Below, in pieces: positions 28,501-44,200 of a stretch of 64,000 nucleotides of DNA (positions are counted from its first letter, which is position 1; every line of letters begins with the position of its first letter). The notes beneath the pieces were generated by a model. The model worked only from the letters and a program-made list of their open reading frames with translations, was not told the origin of the DNA and ran no database searches. The stretch is from NCBI GenBank assembly GCA_964016885.1, contig OZ024743.1:134850001-134914000 (forward strand). The letters run 5' to 3'. A program made the translations under genes and the position numbers. The DNA is from Eledone cirrhosa (Eukaryota).

Positions 28501-31500
28501 CCAAGCACCAAGCACCAAACACAACGCACCAAGCACCAAGCACCAAGCACCAAGCACCAAGCACCAAACACCAAGCACCAAGCACCAAACACCAAACACC
28601 ACACAGCAAACACCAAACAGCAAACACCAAACTGCAAACACCAAACACAAAATAGCAAATACCAAACAGCAAACACCAAACACCAAACAGCAAACACCAA
28701 ACACCAAACACCAAGCACCAAACACCAAACACCAAACACAAAACAGCAAGCACCAAGCACCAAGCACCAAACACCAGACACCAAGCCCCAAGCACCAAAC
28801 ACCAAACACCAAGCACCAAGCACCAAGCACCAAGCACCAAACACCAAACACCAAGCACCAAACACCAAACACCAAGCACCAAGCACCAAACACCAAACAC
28901 CAAGCACCAAGCACGAAGCACCAAACAGCAAGCACCAAGCACCAAACAACAAGCACCAAGCACCAGACACCAAACACCAAACACCAAGCACCAAACACCA
29001 AACACCAAACACCAAGCACCAAGCACCAAGCACCAAACACCAAGCACCAAGCACCAAGCACCAAACAACAAGCACCAAGCACCAAGCACCAAACACCAAT
29101 CACCAAGCACCAAACACCAAACACCAAGCACCAAGCACAAAGCACCAATCACCAAGCAGCAAGGACCAAACACCAAGCACCAAACACCAAGCACCAAGGA
29201 CCAAGCACCAAACACCAAGCACCAAGCACCAAAGACCAAGCACCAAGCACCAAGCACCAAGCACGAAAGACCAAGCACCAACCATCAAGTACCAAAGACC
29301 AAGCACCAAACACCAAACACCAAGCACCAAGCACCAAACACCAAGCACCAAGCGCCAAACACCAAACACCTAGCACCAAGCACCAAACACCAAGCACCAA
29401 GCACCAATCACCAAACACCAAGCACCAAACACCAAACACCAAACACCAAGCACCAAGCACCAAACACCAAACACCAAGCACCAAGTACCAAACACCAAAC
29501 ACCAAGTACCAAGTAACAAGCACCAAGCACCAAACACCAAGCACCAAGCAGCAAGCACCAAACACCAATCACCAAACAGCAAACACCAAACAGCAAACAG
29601 AAAACACCAAATAGCAAGCAGCAAACACCAAACAGCAAACAGAAAAAGCCAAACATCAAACGAGAAACACCAAACGCCAAGCACCAAGCACCAAACACCA
29701 AACACCAAGCACCAAGCACCAAGCACCAAATACCAAACACCAAGCACCAAACACCTAACAACAAGCACCAAGCACCAAACACCAAACACCAAGCACCAAG
29801 CACCAAGCACCAAACACCAAGCACCAAGCACCAAGCACCAAGCACCATCCACCAAACACCAAGCACCAAGCACCAAACACCAAGCACCAAGCACCAAACA
29901 CCAAGCACCAAGCACCAAGCACCAAACAACAAGCACCAAGCACCAAACACTATTCACCAAGCACCAAACACCAAACACCAAGCACCAAGCACAAATCACC
30001 AAGCACCAAGCAGCAAGCACCAAGCTCCAAGCACTAAACACCAAACAGCAAGCACCAAGCAGCAAGCACCAAACACCAAGCACCAAACACCAAGCACCAA
30101 ACACCAAGAACCAAGCACCAAGCACCAAAAACCAAGCAACAAGCGCCAAAGACCAAACAACAAGCACCAAGCACCAATCACCAAACACCAAGCACCAAGC
30201 ACCAAACACCAAACAACAAGCACCAAGCACCACACACCAAATACCAAGCACCAAGCACTAAACGTCAAACACCAAGCACCAAGCACCAAGCACCAAGCAC
30301 GAAACACCAAGCACCAAGCACCAAGCACCAAACACCAAACATAAAACACCAAGTACCAAGCACCAAACACGAAACACCAAACACCAAGCACCAAACACCA
30401 AACACCTAGCACCAAGCACCAAACAACAAGCACCAAGCACACAGCACCAAACACCAAGCACCAAGCACCAAGCACCAAATACCAAACACCAAGCACCAAG
30501 CACCACACATCAAACACCAAGCACCAATAACCAAACACCAAACACCAGGCACCAAACACCAAGCACCAATCACCAAGCACCAAGCACCAACCACCAAACA
30601 CCAAGCACCAAGCACCAAACACCAAGCACCAAGCACCAAAGAGAAAAAACCAAGCACCAATCACCGAACACCAAACACCAAACACCACACAGCAAACCCC
30701 AAACAGCAAACACCAAACAGCAAACACCAAACACCAAATAGCAAACACCAAACAGCAAACAGCAAACAGCAAACACCAAGCACCAAGCACCAAACACCAA
30801 GCACCAAACACCAAACACCAAGCATCAAGCACCAAACAGCAAACACCAAGCACCAAGCACCAAACACCAAGCACCAAGATCCAAGCACCAAACACCAAGC
30901 AGCAAACACCAAACACCAAGCACCAAGCACCAAACACCAAGCACCAAACACCAAACACCAAGCACCAAGCACTAAACACCAAACACCAAGCACCAAGCAC
31001 CAAACACAAAACACCAAGCACCAAGCACCAAGCACCAAGCACCAAGCACCAAGCACCAAGCACCAAACACCAAGCACCCAGCACCAAACACCAAACACCA
31101 AGCACCAAGTACAAAGCACCAAGCACCAAGTACAAAGCACCAAGCACCAAGCAGCAAGCACCAAGCACCAAGCACCAAACACCAAACACCAAGCACCAAG
31201 CACCAAGAACCAATCACCAAGCACCAAACACCAAACACCAAGCACCAAGCACCAAACACCAAGCACCAAGTGCCAAACACCAAACACCAAACACCAAACA
31301 CCAAGCACCAAGCACCAAACACCAAGCACCAAGCACCAAACACCAAACACCAAGCACCAAGGACCAAACACCAAGCACCAAGCACCAAGCACCAAGCACC
31401 AAGCACCAAACACCAAGCACCAAGCACCAAACACCAAGCATCAAGCACCAAACAGCAAACACCAACCACCAAGCACCAAACACCAAACACCAAGCACCAA

Positions 31501-34500
31501 GCACTAAACACCAAACACCAAGCACCAAGCACCAAACACCAAGCACCAAGCACCAAACACCAAGCACCAAGCACCAGGCACCAAGCACCAAGCACCAAAC
31601 ACCAAGCACCAAGCACCAAACACCAAACACCAAGCACCAAGCACTAAACACCAAACACCACACAGCAAACACCAAACAGCAAACACCAATCTGCAAACAC
31701 CAAACACCAAATAGCAAACCCCAAACAGCAAACACCAAACACCAAACAGCAAACACCAAACACCAAACATCAAGCACCAAACACCAAACACCAAACACAA
31801 AACACCAAGCACCAAGCACCAAGCACCAAACACCAGACACCAAGCCCCACGCACCAAACACCAAGCACCAAGCACCAAGCACCAAGCACCAAGCACCAAA
31901 CACCAAACACCAAGCACCAAACACCAAACACCAAGCACCAAGCACCAAACACCAAACACCAAGCACCAAGCACCAAACAGCAAGCACCAAGCACCAAGCA
32001 CCAAGCACCAAACACCAAGCACCAAGCACCAAACACCAAGCACCAAGCACCAGACACCAAACACCAAACACCAAGCACCAAACACCAAACACCAAGCACC
32101 AAGCACAAAACACCAATCACCAAGCAGCAAGGACCAAGCACCAAGCACCAAACACCAAGCACCAAGCACCAAGCACCAAACAGCAAGCACCAAGCACCAA
32201 ACACAAAGCACCAAGCCCCAAGCACCAAGTACCAAACACCAAGCACCAAGCACCAAACACCAAACACCACACAGCAAACACCAAACAGCAAACACCAAAC
32301 TGCATACACCAAACACAAAATAGCAAACACCAAACAGCAAACACCAAACACCAAACAGCAAACACCAAACACCAAACACCAAGCACCAAACACCAAACAC
32401 CAAACACAAAACAGCAAGCACCAAGCACCAAGCACCAAACACCAGACACCAAGCCCCAAGCACCAAACACCAAACACCAAGCACCAAGCACCAAGCACCA
32501 AGCACCAAACACCAAACACCAAGCACCAAACACCAAACACCAAGCACGAAGCACCAAACACCAAACACCAAGCACCAAGCACGAAGCACCAAACAGCAAG
32601 CACCAAGCACCAAACACCAAGCACCAAGCACCAGACACCAAACACCAAACACCAAGCACCAAACACCAAACACCAAACACCAAGCACCAAGCACAAAGCA
32701 ACAAACACCAAGCACCAAGCACCAAGCACCAAACAACAAGCACCAAGCACCAAGCACCAAACACCAATCACCAAGCACCAAACACCAAACACCAAGCACC
32801 AAGCACGAAGCACCAATCACCAAGCAGCAAGGACCAAACACCAAGCACCAAACACCAAGCACCAAGGACCAAGCACCAAACACCAAGCACCAAGCACCAA
32901 ACACCAAACACCAAGCACCAAGCACCAAACACCAAACACCAAGCACCAAGCACGAAGCACCAAACAGCAAGCACCAAGCACCAAACACCAAGCACCAAGC
33001 ACCAGACACCAAACACCAAACACCAAGCACCAAACACCAAACACCAAACACCAAGCACGAAGTACCAAGCACCAAACACCAAGCTCCAAGCACCAAGCAC
33101 CAAACAACAAGCACCAAGCACCAAGCACCAAACACCAATCACCAAGCACCAAACACCAAACACCAAGCACCAAGCACAAAGCACCAATCACCAAGCAGCA
33201 ATGAACAAACACCAAGCACCAAACACCAAGCACCAAGGACCAAGCACCAAACACCAAGCACCAAGCACCAAACACCAAGCACCAAGCACCAAGCACCAAG
33301 CACGAAAGACCAAGCACCAACCATCAAGTACCAAAGATCAAGCACCAAACACCAAACACCAAGCACCAAGCACCAAACACCAAGCACCAAGCGCCAAACA
33401 CCAAACACCTAGCACCAAGCACCAAACACCAAGCACCAAGCACCAATCACCAAACACCAAGCACCAAGCACCAAATACCAAACACCAAGCACCAAGCACC
33501 AAACACCAAACACCAAGCACCAAGTACCAAACACCAAACACCAAGTACCAAGTAACAAGCACCAAGCACCAAACACCAAGCACCAAGCAGCAAGCACCAA
33601 ACACCAATCACCAAACAGCAAACACCAAACAGCAAACAGAAAACACCAAATAGCAAGCAGCAAACACCAAACAGCAAACAGAAAAAGCCAAACATCAAAC
33701 GAGAAACACCAAACGCCAAGCACCAAGCACCAAACACCAAACACCAAGCACCAAGCACCAAGCACCAAATACCAAACACCAAGCACCAAGCACCAAACAC
33801 CAAACACCAAGCACCAAACACCTAACAACAAGCACCAAGCACCAAACACCAAACACCAAGCACCAAGCACCAAGCACCAAACACCAAGCACCAAGCACCA
33901 AGCACCAAGCACCATCCACCAAACACCAAGCACCAAGCACCAAACACCAAGCACCAAGCACCAAACACCAAGCACCAAGCACCAAGCACCAAACAACAAG
34001 CACCAAGCACCAAACACCATTCACCAAGCACCAAACACCAAACACCAAGCACCAAGCACAAATCACCAAGCACCAAGCAGCAAGCACCAAGCTCCAAGCA
34101 CTAAACACCAAACAGCAAGCACCAAGCAGCAAGCACCAAACACCAAGCACCAAACACCAAGCACCAAACAACAAGCACCAAGCACCAAGCACCAAACACC
34201 AAGCACCAAGCACCAAACACCAAACAACAAGCACCAAGCACCACACACCAAATACCAAGCACCAAGCACTAAACATCAAACACCAAGCACCAAGCACCAA
34301 GCACCAAGCACGAAACACCAAGCACCAAGCACCAAGTACCAAACACCAAACATAAAACACCAAGTACCAAGCACCAAACACGAAACACCAAACACCAAGC
34401 ACCAAACACCAAACACCTAGCACCAAGCACCAAACAACAAGCACCAAGCACACAGCACCAAACACCAAGCACCAAGCACCAAGCACCAAATACCAAACAC

Positions 34501-34945
34501 CAAGCACCAAGCACCACACATCAAACACCAAGCACCAATAACCAAACACCAAACACCAGGCACCAAACACCAAGCACCAATCACCAAGCACCAAGCACCA
34601 ACCACCAAACACCAAGCACCAAGCACCAAACACCAAGCACCAAGCACCAAAGAGAAAAAACCAAGCACCAATCACCGAACACCAAACACCAAACACCACA
34701 CAGCAAACCCCAAACAGCAAACACCAAACAGCAAACACCAAACACCAAATAGCAAACACCAAACAGCAAACAGCAAACAGCAAACACCAAGCACCAAGCA
34801 CCAAACACCAAGCACCAAACACCAAACACCAAGCATCAAGCACCAAACAGCAAACACCAAGCACCAAGCACCAAACACCAAGCACCAAGATCCAAGCACC
34901 AAACACCAAGCAGCAAACACCAAACACCAAGCACCAAACACCAAA
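25600..34945 (+). repeat. About 4.0-kb higher-order repeat, roughly 2.3 diverged copies
   Basis: Marker GAGAAAA-AACCAAG at 26644, 30641, 34652 (offsets 3997, 4011); CACCAAT-AACCAAA at 26518, 30522, 34533; CGAGAAA at 29661, 33700 (offset 4039). Confidence 0.75.
26700..27445 (+). repeat. Local duplication at offset 441 bp (63 monomers)
   Basis: TAGCAAA at 26742 and 27183 with matching downstream monomer strings. Minus-strand ORFs starting at 26964 and 27405 share the same N-terminal sequence. Confidence 0.75.
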
Positions 34946-37900
34946 CACCAAACACAAAACAGCAAGCACCAAGCAACAAGCACCAAACACCAGACACCAA
35001 GCACGAAGCACCAAACACCAAACACCAAGCACCAAGCACGAAGCACCAAACAGCAAGCACCAAGCACCAAACACCAAGCACCAAGCACCAGACACCAAAC
35101 ACCAAACACCAAGCACCAAACACCAAACACCAAACACCAAGCACCAAGCACAAAGCAACAAACACCAAGCACCAAGCACCAAGCACCAAACAACAAGCAC
35201 CAAGCACCAAGCACCAAACACCAATCACCAAGCACCAAACACCAAACACCAAGCACCAAGCACGAAGCACCAATCACCAAGCAGCAAGGACCAAACACCA
35301 AGCACCAAACACCAAGCACCAAGGACCAAGCACCAAACACCAAGCACCAAGCACCAAGCACCAAGCACCAAGCACCAAAGTCCAAGCACCAACCATCAAG
35401 TACCAAACACCAAGCACCAAGTACCAAACAACAAACACCAAGCACCAAGTAACAAGCACCAAGCACCAAACACCAAGCACCAAGCAGCAAGCACCAAACA
35501 CCAATCACCAAACAGCAAACACCAAACACCATACAGCAAACACAAAACACCAAAAAGCAGACACCAAACAGCAAACATCAAACACCAAACACCAAACACC
35601 AAACAGCAAACAGCAAACACCAAACACCAAGCACCAAACACCAAGTACCAAGCACCAAACACCAAGCACCAAACACCAAACACCAAGCACCAAGCACCAA
35701 ACACCAAACACTAATCACCAAGCACCAAGCACCAAACACCAAGCACCAAGCACCAAGCACCAAACACCAAGCACCAAAGACCAAGCTCCAAGTACCAAGC
35801 ACCAAACACCAGGCACCAAGCACCAAGCACCAAACACCAAGCACCAAACACCAACCACCCAGTATCAAGCACCAAGCACCAAACACCAAGCACCAAGCAC
35901 CAAACACCAAACACCAAACACCAAGCACCAAGCACCAAACACCAAGCACCAAGCACCAAACACCAAGCACCAAACACCAAACACCAAGCACCAAGCACCA
36001 AACACCAAGCACCAAACACCAAACACCAAGAACCAAGTACCAAACACCAAGCACCAAGCACCAAGTACCAAGTACAAACACCAAGCACCAAGCACCAAAC
36101 ACCAAGCACCAAGCACCAAGCATCAAACACCAAGCATCAAACACCAAACACCAAACACCAAGGACCAAACACCAAGCATAAAGCACCAAACACGAAGCAG
36201 CAAGCAGAAAGCACCAAACAACAAACACCAAGCACCAAGCGCCAAACACCAAGCACCAAGGACCAAACACCAAACACCATGCACCAAGCACCAAACACCT
36301 AACACCAAGCACCAAGCACCAAACACCAAACACCAAGCACCAAGCACCAAACACCAAGCACCAGGCACCAAGCACCAAACACCAAGCACCAAGCACCAAA
36401 CACCAAGCACCAAGCAGAAAACACCAAGCACCAAGCACCAAACACCTAACACCTAACACCAAGCACCAAGCACCAAGCACCAAGCACCAAACACCAAACA
36501 CCAAGCACCAAGCACCAAACACCAAGCACCAAACACCAAGAACCAAGCACCAAACACCAAGCTCCAAACACCAAGCACCAAGCACCAAGCACCAAACACC
36601 AAGCACCAAGCACCAAGCACCAAGTACAAACACCAAGCACCAAACACCAAACACCAAACACCAAACACCAAGCACCAAGCACCAATCACCAAACAACAAG
36701 CACCAAGCACCAAGATCCAAACACCAAACACCAAGCACCAAGCACCCAGCACGAAGCACCAAACACGAAGCACGCAGCACCAAACACCAAGCACCAAGCA
36801 CCAAACACCAAGCACCAAGCACCAAACACCAAACCCCAAGCACCAAGCACCAAGCACCAAGCACCAAACACCAAACACCAAGCACCAAATACCAAGCACC
36901 AAATACCAAACAGCAAACACCAAACACGAAACAGCAAACACCAAACGCCAAACACCAAGCACCAAGCACCAATCACCAAACAACAAGCACCAAGCACCAA
37001 GCACCAAACACCAAGCACCAAGCACCAAACACCAAACACCAATCACCAAACACCAAGCACCAAGCACCAAACACCAAACCCCAAGCACCAAGCACCAAAC
37101 ACTAATCACCAAGCACCAAGCACCAAGCACCAAACACCAAGCACCAAGCACAGAGCACCAAACACCAAACACCAAGCACCAAAGACCAAGCACCAAGCAC
37201 CAAGCACCAAGCACCAAACACCAAGCACCAAGCACCAAACACCAACAACCCAGCACCAAACACGAAGCACCAAACACGAAGCACCAAGCACCTAGCACAA
37301 AACACCAAACACCAAGCACAAAGCACCAAACACCAAGCACCAATCACCAAACACAAAACAGCAAGCACCAAGCAACAAGCACCAAACACCAGACACCAAG
37401 CACGAAGCACCAAACACCAAACACCAAGCACCAAGCACGAAGCACCAAACAGCAAGCACCAAGCACCAAACACCAAGCACCAAGCACCAGACACCAAACA
37501 CCAAACACCAAGCACCAAACACCAAACACCAAACACCAAGCACCAAGCACAAAGCAACAAACACCAAGCACCAAGCACCAAGCACCAAACAACAAGCACC
37601 AAGCACCAAGCACCAAACACCAATCACCAAGCACCAAACACCAAACACCAAGCACCAAGCACGAAGCACCAATCACCAAGCAGCAAGGACCAAACACCAA
37701 GCACCAAACACCAAGCACCAAGGACCAAGCACCAAACACCAAGCACCAAGCACCAAGCACCAAGCACCAAGCACCAAAGTCCAAGCACCAACCATCAAGT
37801 ACCAAACACCAAGCACCAAGTACCAAACAACAAACACCAAGCACCAAGTAACAAGCACCAAGCACCAAACACCAAGCACCAAGCAGCAAGCACCAAACAC

Positions 37901-39743
37901 CAATCACCAAACAGCAAACACCAAACACCATACAGCAAACACAAAACACCAAAAAGCAGACACCAAACAGCAAACATCAAACACCAAACACCAAACACCA
38001 AACAGCAAACAGCAAACACCAAACACCAAGCACCAAACACCAAGTACCAAGCACCAAACACCAAGCACCAAACACCAAACACCAAGCACCAAGCACCAAA
38101 CACCAAACACTAATCACCAAGCACCAAGCACCAAACACCAAGCACCAAGCACCAAGCACCAAACACCAAGCACCAAAGACCAAGCTCCAAGTACCAAGCA
38201 CCAAACACCAGGCACCAAGCACCAAGCACCAAACACCAAGCACCAAACACCAACCACCCAGTATCAAGCACCAAGCACCAAACACCAAGCACCAAGCACC
38301 AAACACCAAACACCAAACACCAAGCACCAAGCACCAAACACCAAGCACCAAGCACCAAACACCAAGCACCAAACACCAAACACCAAGCACCAAGCACCAA
38401 ACACCAAGCACCAAACACCAAACACCAAGAACCAAGTACCAAACACCAAGCACCAAGCACCAAGCACCAAGTACAAACACCAAGCACCAAGCACCAAACA
38501 CCAAGCACCAAGCACCAAGCATCAAACACCAAGCATCAAACACCAAACACCAAACACCAAGGACCAAACACCAAGCATAAAGCACCAAACACGAAGCAGC
38601 AAGCAGAAAGCACCAAACAACAAACACCAAGCACCAAGCGCCAAACACCAAGCACCAAGGACCAAACACCAAACACCATGCACCAAGCACCAAACACCTA
38701 ACACCAAGCACCAAGCACCAAACACCAAACACCAAGCACCAAGCACCAAACACCAAGCACCAGGCACCAAGCACCAAACACCAAGCACCAAGCACCAAAC
38801 ACCAAGCACCAAGCAGAAAACACCAAGCACCAAGCACCAAACACCTAACACCTAACACCAAGCACCAAGCACCAAGCACCAAGCACCAAACACCAAACAC
38901 CAAGCACCAAGCACCAAACACCAAGCACCAAACACCAAGAACCAAGCACCAAACACCAAGCTCCAAACACCAAGCACCAAGCACCAAGCACCAAACACCA
39001 AGCACCAAGCACCAAGCACCAAGTACAAACACCAAGCACCAAACACCAAACACCAAACACCAAACACCAAGCACCAAGCACCAATCACCAAACAACAAGC
39101 ACCAAGCACCAAGATCCAAACACCAAACACCAAGCACCAAGCACCCAGCACGAAGCACCAAACACGAAGCACGCAGCACCAAACACCAAGCACCAAGCAC
39201 CAAACACCAAGCACCAAGCACCAAACACCAAACCCCAAGCACCAAGCACCAAGCACCAAGCACCAAACACCAAACACCAAGCACCAAATACCAAGCACCA
39301 AATACCAAACAGCAAACACCAAACACGAAACAGCAAACACCAAACGCCAAACACCAAGCACCAAGCACCAATCACCAAACAACAAGCACCAAGCACCAAG
39401 CACCAAACACCAAGCACCAAGCACCAAACACCAAACACCAATCACCAAACACCAAGCACCAAGCACCAAACACCAAACCCCAAGCACCAAGCACCAAACA
39501 CTAATCACCAAGCACCAAGCACCAAGCACCAAACACCAAGCACCAAGCACAGAGCACCAAACACCAAACACCAAGCACCAAAGACCAAGCACCAAGCACC
39601 AAGCACCAAGCACCAAACACCAAGCACCAAGCACCAAACACCAACAACCCAGCACCAAACACGAAGCACCAAACACGAAGCACCAAGCACCTAGCACAAA
39701 ACACCAAACACCAAGCACAAAGCACCAAACACCAAGCACCAAT
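34946..39743 (+). repeat. Tandem duplication of 2399 bp: 34946-37344 and 37345-39743
   Basis: ORFs repeat at offset 2399 (35274/37673, 35578/37977, 36453/38852). 2399 = 343x7-2, matching two 6-bp TACAAA units per copy. At least one SNP distinguishes the copies (TACCAAG 36066 vs CACCAAG 38465). Confidence 0.92.
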
Positions 39744-41037
39744 CACCAAGCACCAAACACCAAGCAGCAAGCAGAAAGCACCAAACAACAAACACCAAGC
39801 ACCAAACACCAAACACCAAGCACCAAGCACCAAACACCTAACACCAAGCACCAAGCACCAAACACCAAACACCAAGCACCAAGCACCAAACACCAAGCAC
39901 CAGGCACCAAGCACCAAACACCAAGCACCAAGCACCAAACACCAAGCACCAAGCAGAAAACACCAAGCACCAAGCACCAAACACCTAACACCTAACACCA
40001 AGCACCAAGCACCAAGCACCAAGCACCAAACACCAAACACCAAGCACCAAGCACCAAACACCAAGCACCAAACACCAAGAACCAAGCACCAAACACCAAG
40101 CTCCAAACACCAAGCACCAAGCACCAAGCACCAAACACCAAGCACCAAGCACCAAGCACCAAGTACAAACACCAAGCACCAAACACCAAACACCAAACAC
40201 CAAACACCAAGCACCAAGCACCAATCACCAAACAACAAGCACCAAGCACCAAGATCCAAACACCAAACACCAAGCACCAAGCACCCAGCACGAAGCACCA
40301 AACACGAAGCACGCAGCACCAAACACCAAGCACCAAGCACCAAACACCAAGCACCAAGCACCAAACACCAAACCCCAAGCACCAAGCACCAAGCACCAAG
40401 CACCAAACACCAAACACCAAGCACCAAATACCAAGCACCAAATACCAAACAGCAAACACCAAACACGAAACAGCAAACACCAAACGCCAAACACCAAGCA
40501 CCAAGCACCAATCACCAAACAACAAGCACCAAGCACCAAGCACCAAACACCAAGCACCAAGCACCAAACACCAAACACCAATCACCAAACACCAAGCACC
40601 AAGCACCAAACACCAAACCCCAAGCACCAAGCACCAAACACTAATCACCAAGCACCAAGCACCAAGCACCAAACACCAAGCACCAAGCACAGAGCACCAA
40701 ACACCAAACACCAAGCACCAAAGACCAAGCACCAAGCACCAAGCACCAAGCACCAAACACCAAGCACCAAGCACCAAACACCAACAACCCAGCACCAAAC
40801 ACGAAGCACCAAACACGAAGCACCAAGCACCTAGCACAAAACACCAAACACCAAGCACAAAGCACCAAACACCAAGCACCAATCACCAAGCACCAAACAC
40901 CAAGCAGCAAGCAGAAAGCACCAAACAACAAACACCAAGCACCAAACACCAAACACCAAGCACCAAGCACCAAACACCTAACACCAAGCACCAAGCACCA
41001 AACACCAAACACCAAGCACCAAGCACCAAACACCAAG
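38681..41037 (+). repeat. Tandem duplication of 1140 bp: about 38681-39820 and about 39821-40960
   Basis: ORFs repeat at offset 1140 (38845/39985, 38852/39992, 39085/40225, 39505/40645). 1140 = 163x7-1, matching one TACAAA unit. Confidence 0.9.
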
Positions 41038-41240
41038 CACCAAAGACCAAACACCAAACAGCAAACACCAAACACCAAACAGCAAACACTAAACATGAAA
41101 CAGCAAACACCATAGAGCAAACACCAAACACTAAACAGCAAACAGCAAACAGCAAACACCAAGCACCAAACACCAAGTTCCAAGCACCAAACACCAAGCA
41201 CCAAGCACCAAACACCAAACCCCAAGCACCAAGCACCAAA

Positions 41241-44200
41241 CACTAAGCACAATGCACCAAGCACAAAGCACTAAACACCAAGCACCAAGCACCAAGCACC
41301 AAGCACCAAGAACCAAAGACCAAGCACCAAGCACCAAACACCAAGTACCAAGCACCAAGCATCGAACACCAAGCATCAAACACCAAACACCAAGCACCAA
41401 ACACCAAGCACGAAACACCAAGCACCCAGCACCAAACACCAAGCACCAATCACCAAGCACCAAACACCAAGCACCAACCACCAAACACCAAGCACCAGGC
41501 ACCAAGCACCAAACATCAAACACCAAGCACCAAGCACCCAGCACCAAACACCAAACACCAAGCACCAAGCACCAAGCACCAAACACCAAACACCAAGCAC
41601 CAAGCACCAAACACCAAACACCAAACACCAAACACCAAACACCAAGCACCAAGCACCAAACAACAAGCACCAGGCACCAAGCACCAAACATCAAACACCA
41701 AGCACCAAGCATCAAACACCAAGCACCAAGCTCCAAACACCAAGCACCAAGCACCAAGCACCAAACACCAAACAGCAAACACCAAACACCAAACAGCAAA
41801 CAGCAAACACCAAGCACCAATCACCAAACAACAAGCACCAAGCACCAAGTACCAAACACCAAACACCAAGCACCAAGCACCAAACACCAAGCACCAGAGA
41901 CCAAACACTAAACAGCAAACACCAAACACCAAACAGCAAACACCAAACACGAAACAGCAAAAACCATACAGCAAACACCAAACACCAAAAAGCAGACACC
42001 AAACAGCAAACACCAAACACCAAACAGCAAACAGCAAACACCACACACCAAGCACCAAAACCAAGTACCAAGCACCAAACACCAAGCACCAAGCACCAAG
42101 TACAAACACCAAGCACCAAACACCAAGCACCAAGCACCAAGCATCAAACACCAAGCATCAAAAACCAAACACCAAACACCAAGCAACAAGCACCAAACAC
42201 CAAGCACCAAGCACCAAACTCCAAGCAGCAAGCAGAAAGCACCAAACAACAAACACCAAGCACAAAGCACCAAACACCAAGCACCAAAGTCCAAACACCA
42301 AACACCAAGCACCAAGCACCAAACACCTAACACCAAGCACCAAGCACCAAACACCAAACACCAAGCACCAAGCACCAAACACCAAGCACCAGGCACCAAG
42401 CACCAAACACCAAGCACCAAGCACCAAACACCAAGCACCAAGCATAAAACACCAAGCATCAAACACCAAACACCAAACACCAAGCAACAAGCACCAAACA
42501 CCAAGCACCAAGCACCAAGCACCAAATACCAAGAACCAATTACGAAGCACCAAACACAGAGCCCCAAGCAGCAAGCACCAAACACCAAACACGAAGCACC
42601 AAACACCAAATACCAAGCACCTAGCACCAAACACCAAACACCAAGCACCAATCACCAAGCACCAAACACGAAGCAGCAAGCAGAAAGCACCAAACAACAA
42701 ACACCAAGCACCAAGCACCAAACACCAAGCACCATGGACCAAACACCAAACACCAAGCACCAAGCACCAAACACCAAGCACCAAACACCAAGCACCAAGC
42801 ACCAAGTACAAACACCAAGCACCAAGCACCAAACACCAAGCACCAAGCACCTAGCATCAAACACCAAGCATCAAACACCAAACACCAAACACCAAGCAAC
42901 AAGCACCAAGCACCAAGCACCAAATACCAAGCACCAATTACGAAGCACCAAACACAGAGCCCCAAGCACCAAACACCTAACACCAAGCACCGAGCACCAA
43001 ACACCAAGCACCAAAGACCAAACACCAAACAGCAAACACCAAACACCAAAAAGCAGACACCAAACAGCAAACAGCAAACACCAAGCACCAAACACCAAGT
43101 TCCAAGCACCAAACACCAAACACCAAGCACCAAACACCAAACCCCAAGCACCAAGCACCAAACACTAATCACAATGCACCAAGCACCAAGCACTAAACAC
43201 CAAGCACCAAGCACCAAGCACTAAACACCAAACACCAAGGACCAAGCACCAAGCACCAAGAACCAAAGACCAAGCACCAAGCACCAAACACCAAGCACCA
43301 AGCACCAAGCATCGAACACCAAGCATCAAACACCAAACACCAAGCACCAAACACCAAGCACAAAACACCAAGCACCCAGCACCAAACACCAAGCACCAAT
43401 CACCAAGCACCAAACACCAAGCACCAACCACCAAACACCAAGGACCAAGCACCCAGCACCAAACACCAAACACCAAGCACCAAGCACCAAACACCAAACA
43501 CCAAACACCAAACACCAAACACCAAGCACCAAGCACCAAACAACAAGCACCAGGCACCAAGCACCAAACATCAAACACCAAGCACCAAGCATCAAACACC
43601 AAGCACCAAGCTCCAAACACCAAGCACCAAGCACCAAGCACCAAACACCAAACAGCAAACACCAAACACCAAACAGCAAACAGCAAACACCAAGCACCAA
43701 TCACCAAACAACAAGCACCAGGCACCAAGGACCAAACACCAAACACCAAGCACCAAGCACCAAACACCAAGCACCAGAGACCAAACACTAAACAGCAAAC
43801 ACCAAACACCAAACAGCAAACACCAAACACGAAACAGCAAAAACCATACAGCAAACACCAAACACCAAAAAGCAGACACCAAACAGCAAACACCAAACAC
43901 CAAACAGCAAACAGCAAACACCACACACCAAGCACCAAAACCAAGTACCAAGCACCAAACACCAAGCACCAAGCACCAAGTACAAACACCAAGCACCAAG
44001 CACCAAACACCAAGCACCAAGCACCAAGCATCAAACACCAAGCATCAAACACCAAACACCAAACACCAAGCAACAAGCACCAAACACCAAGCACCAAGCA
44101 CCAAACTCCAAGCAGCAAGCAGAAAGCACCAAACAACAAACACCAAGCACAAAGCACCAAACACCAAGCACCAAAGACCAAACACCAAACACCAAGCACC

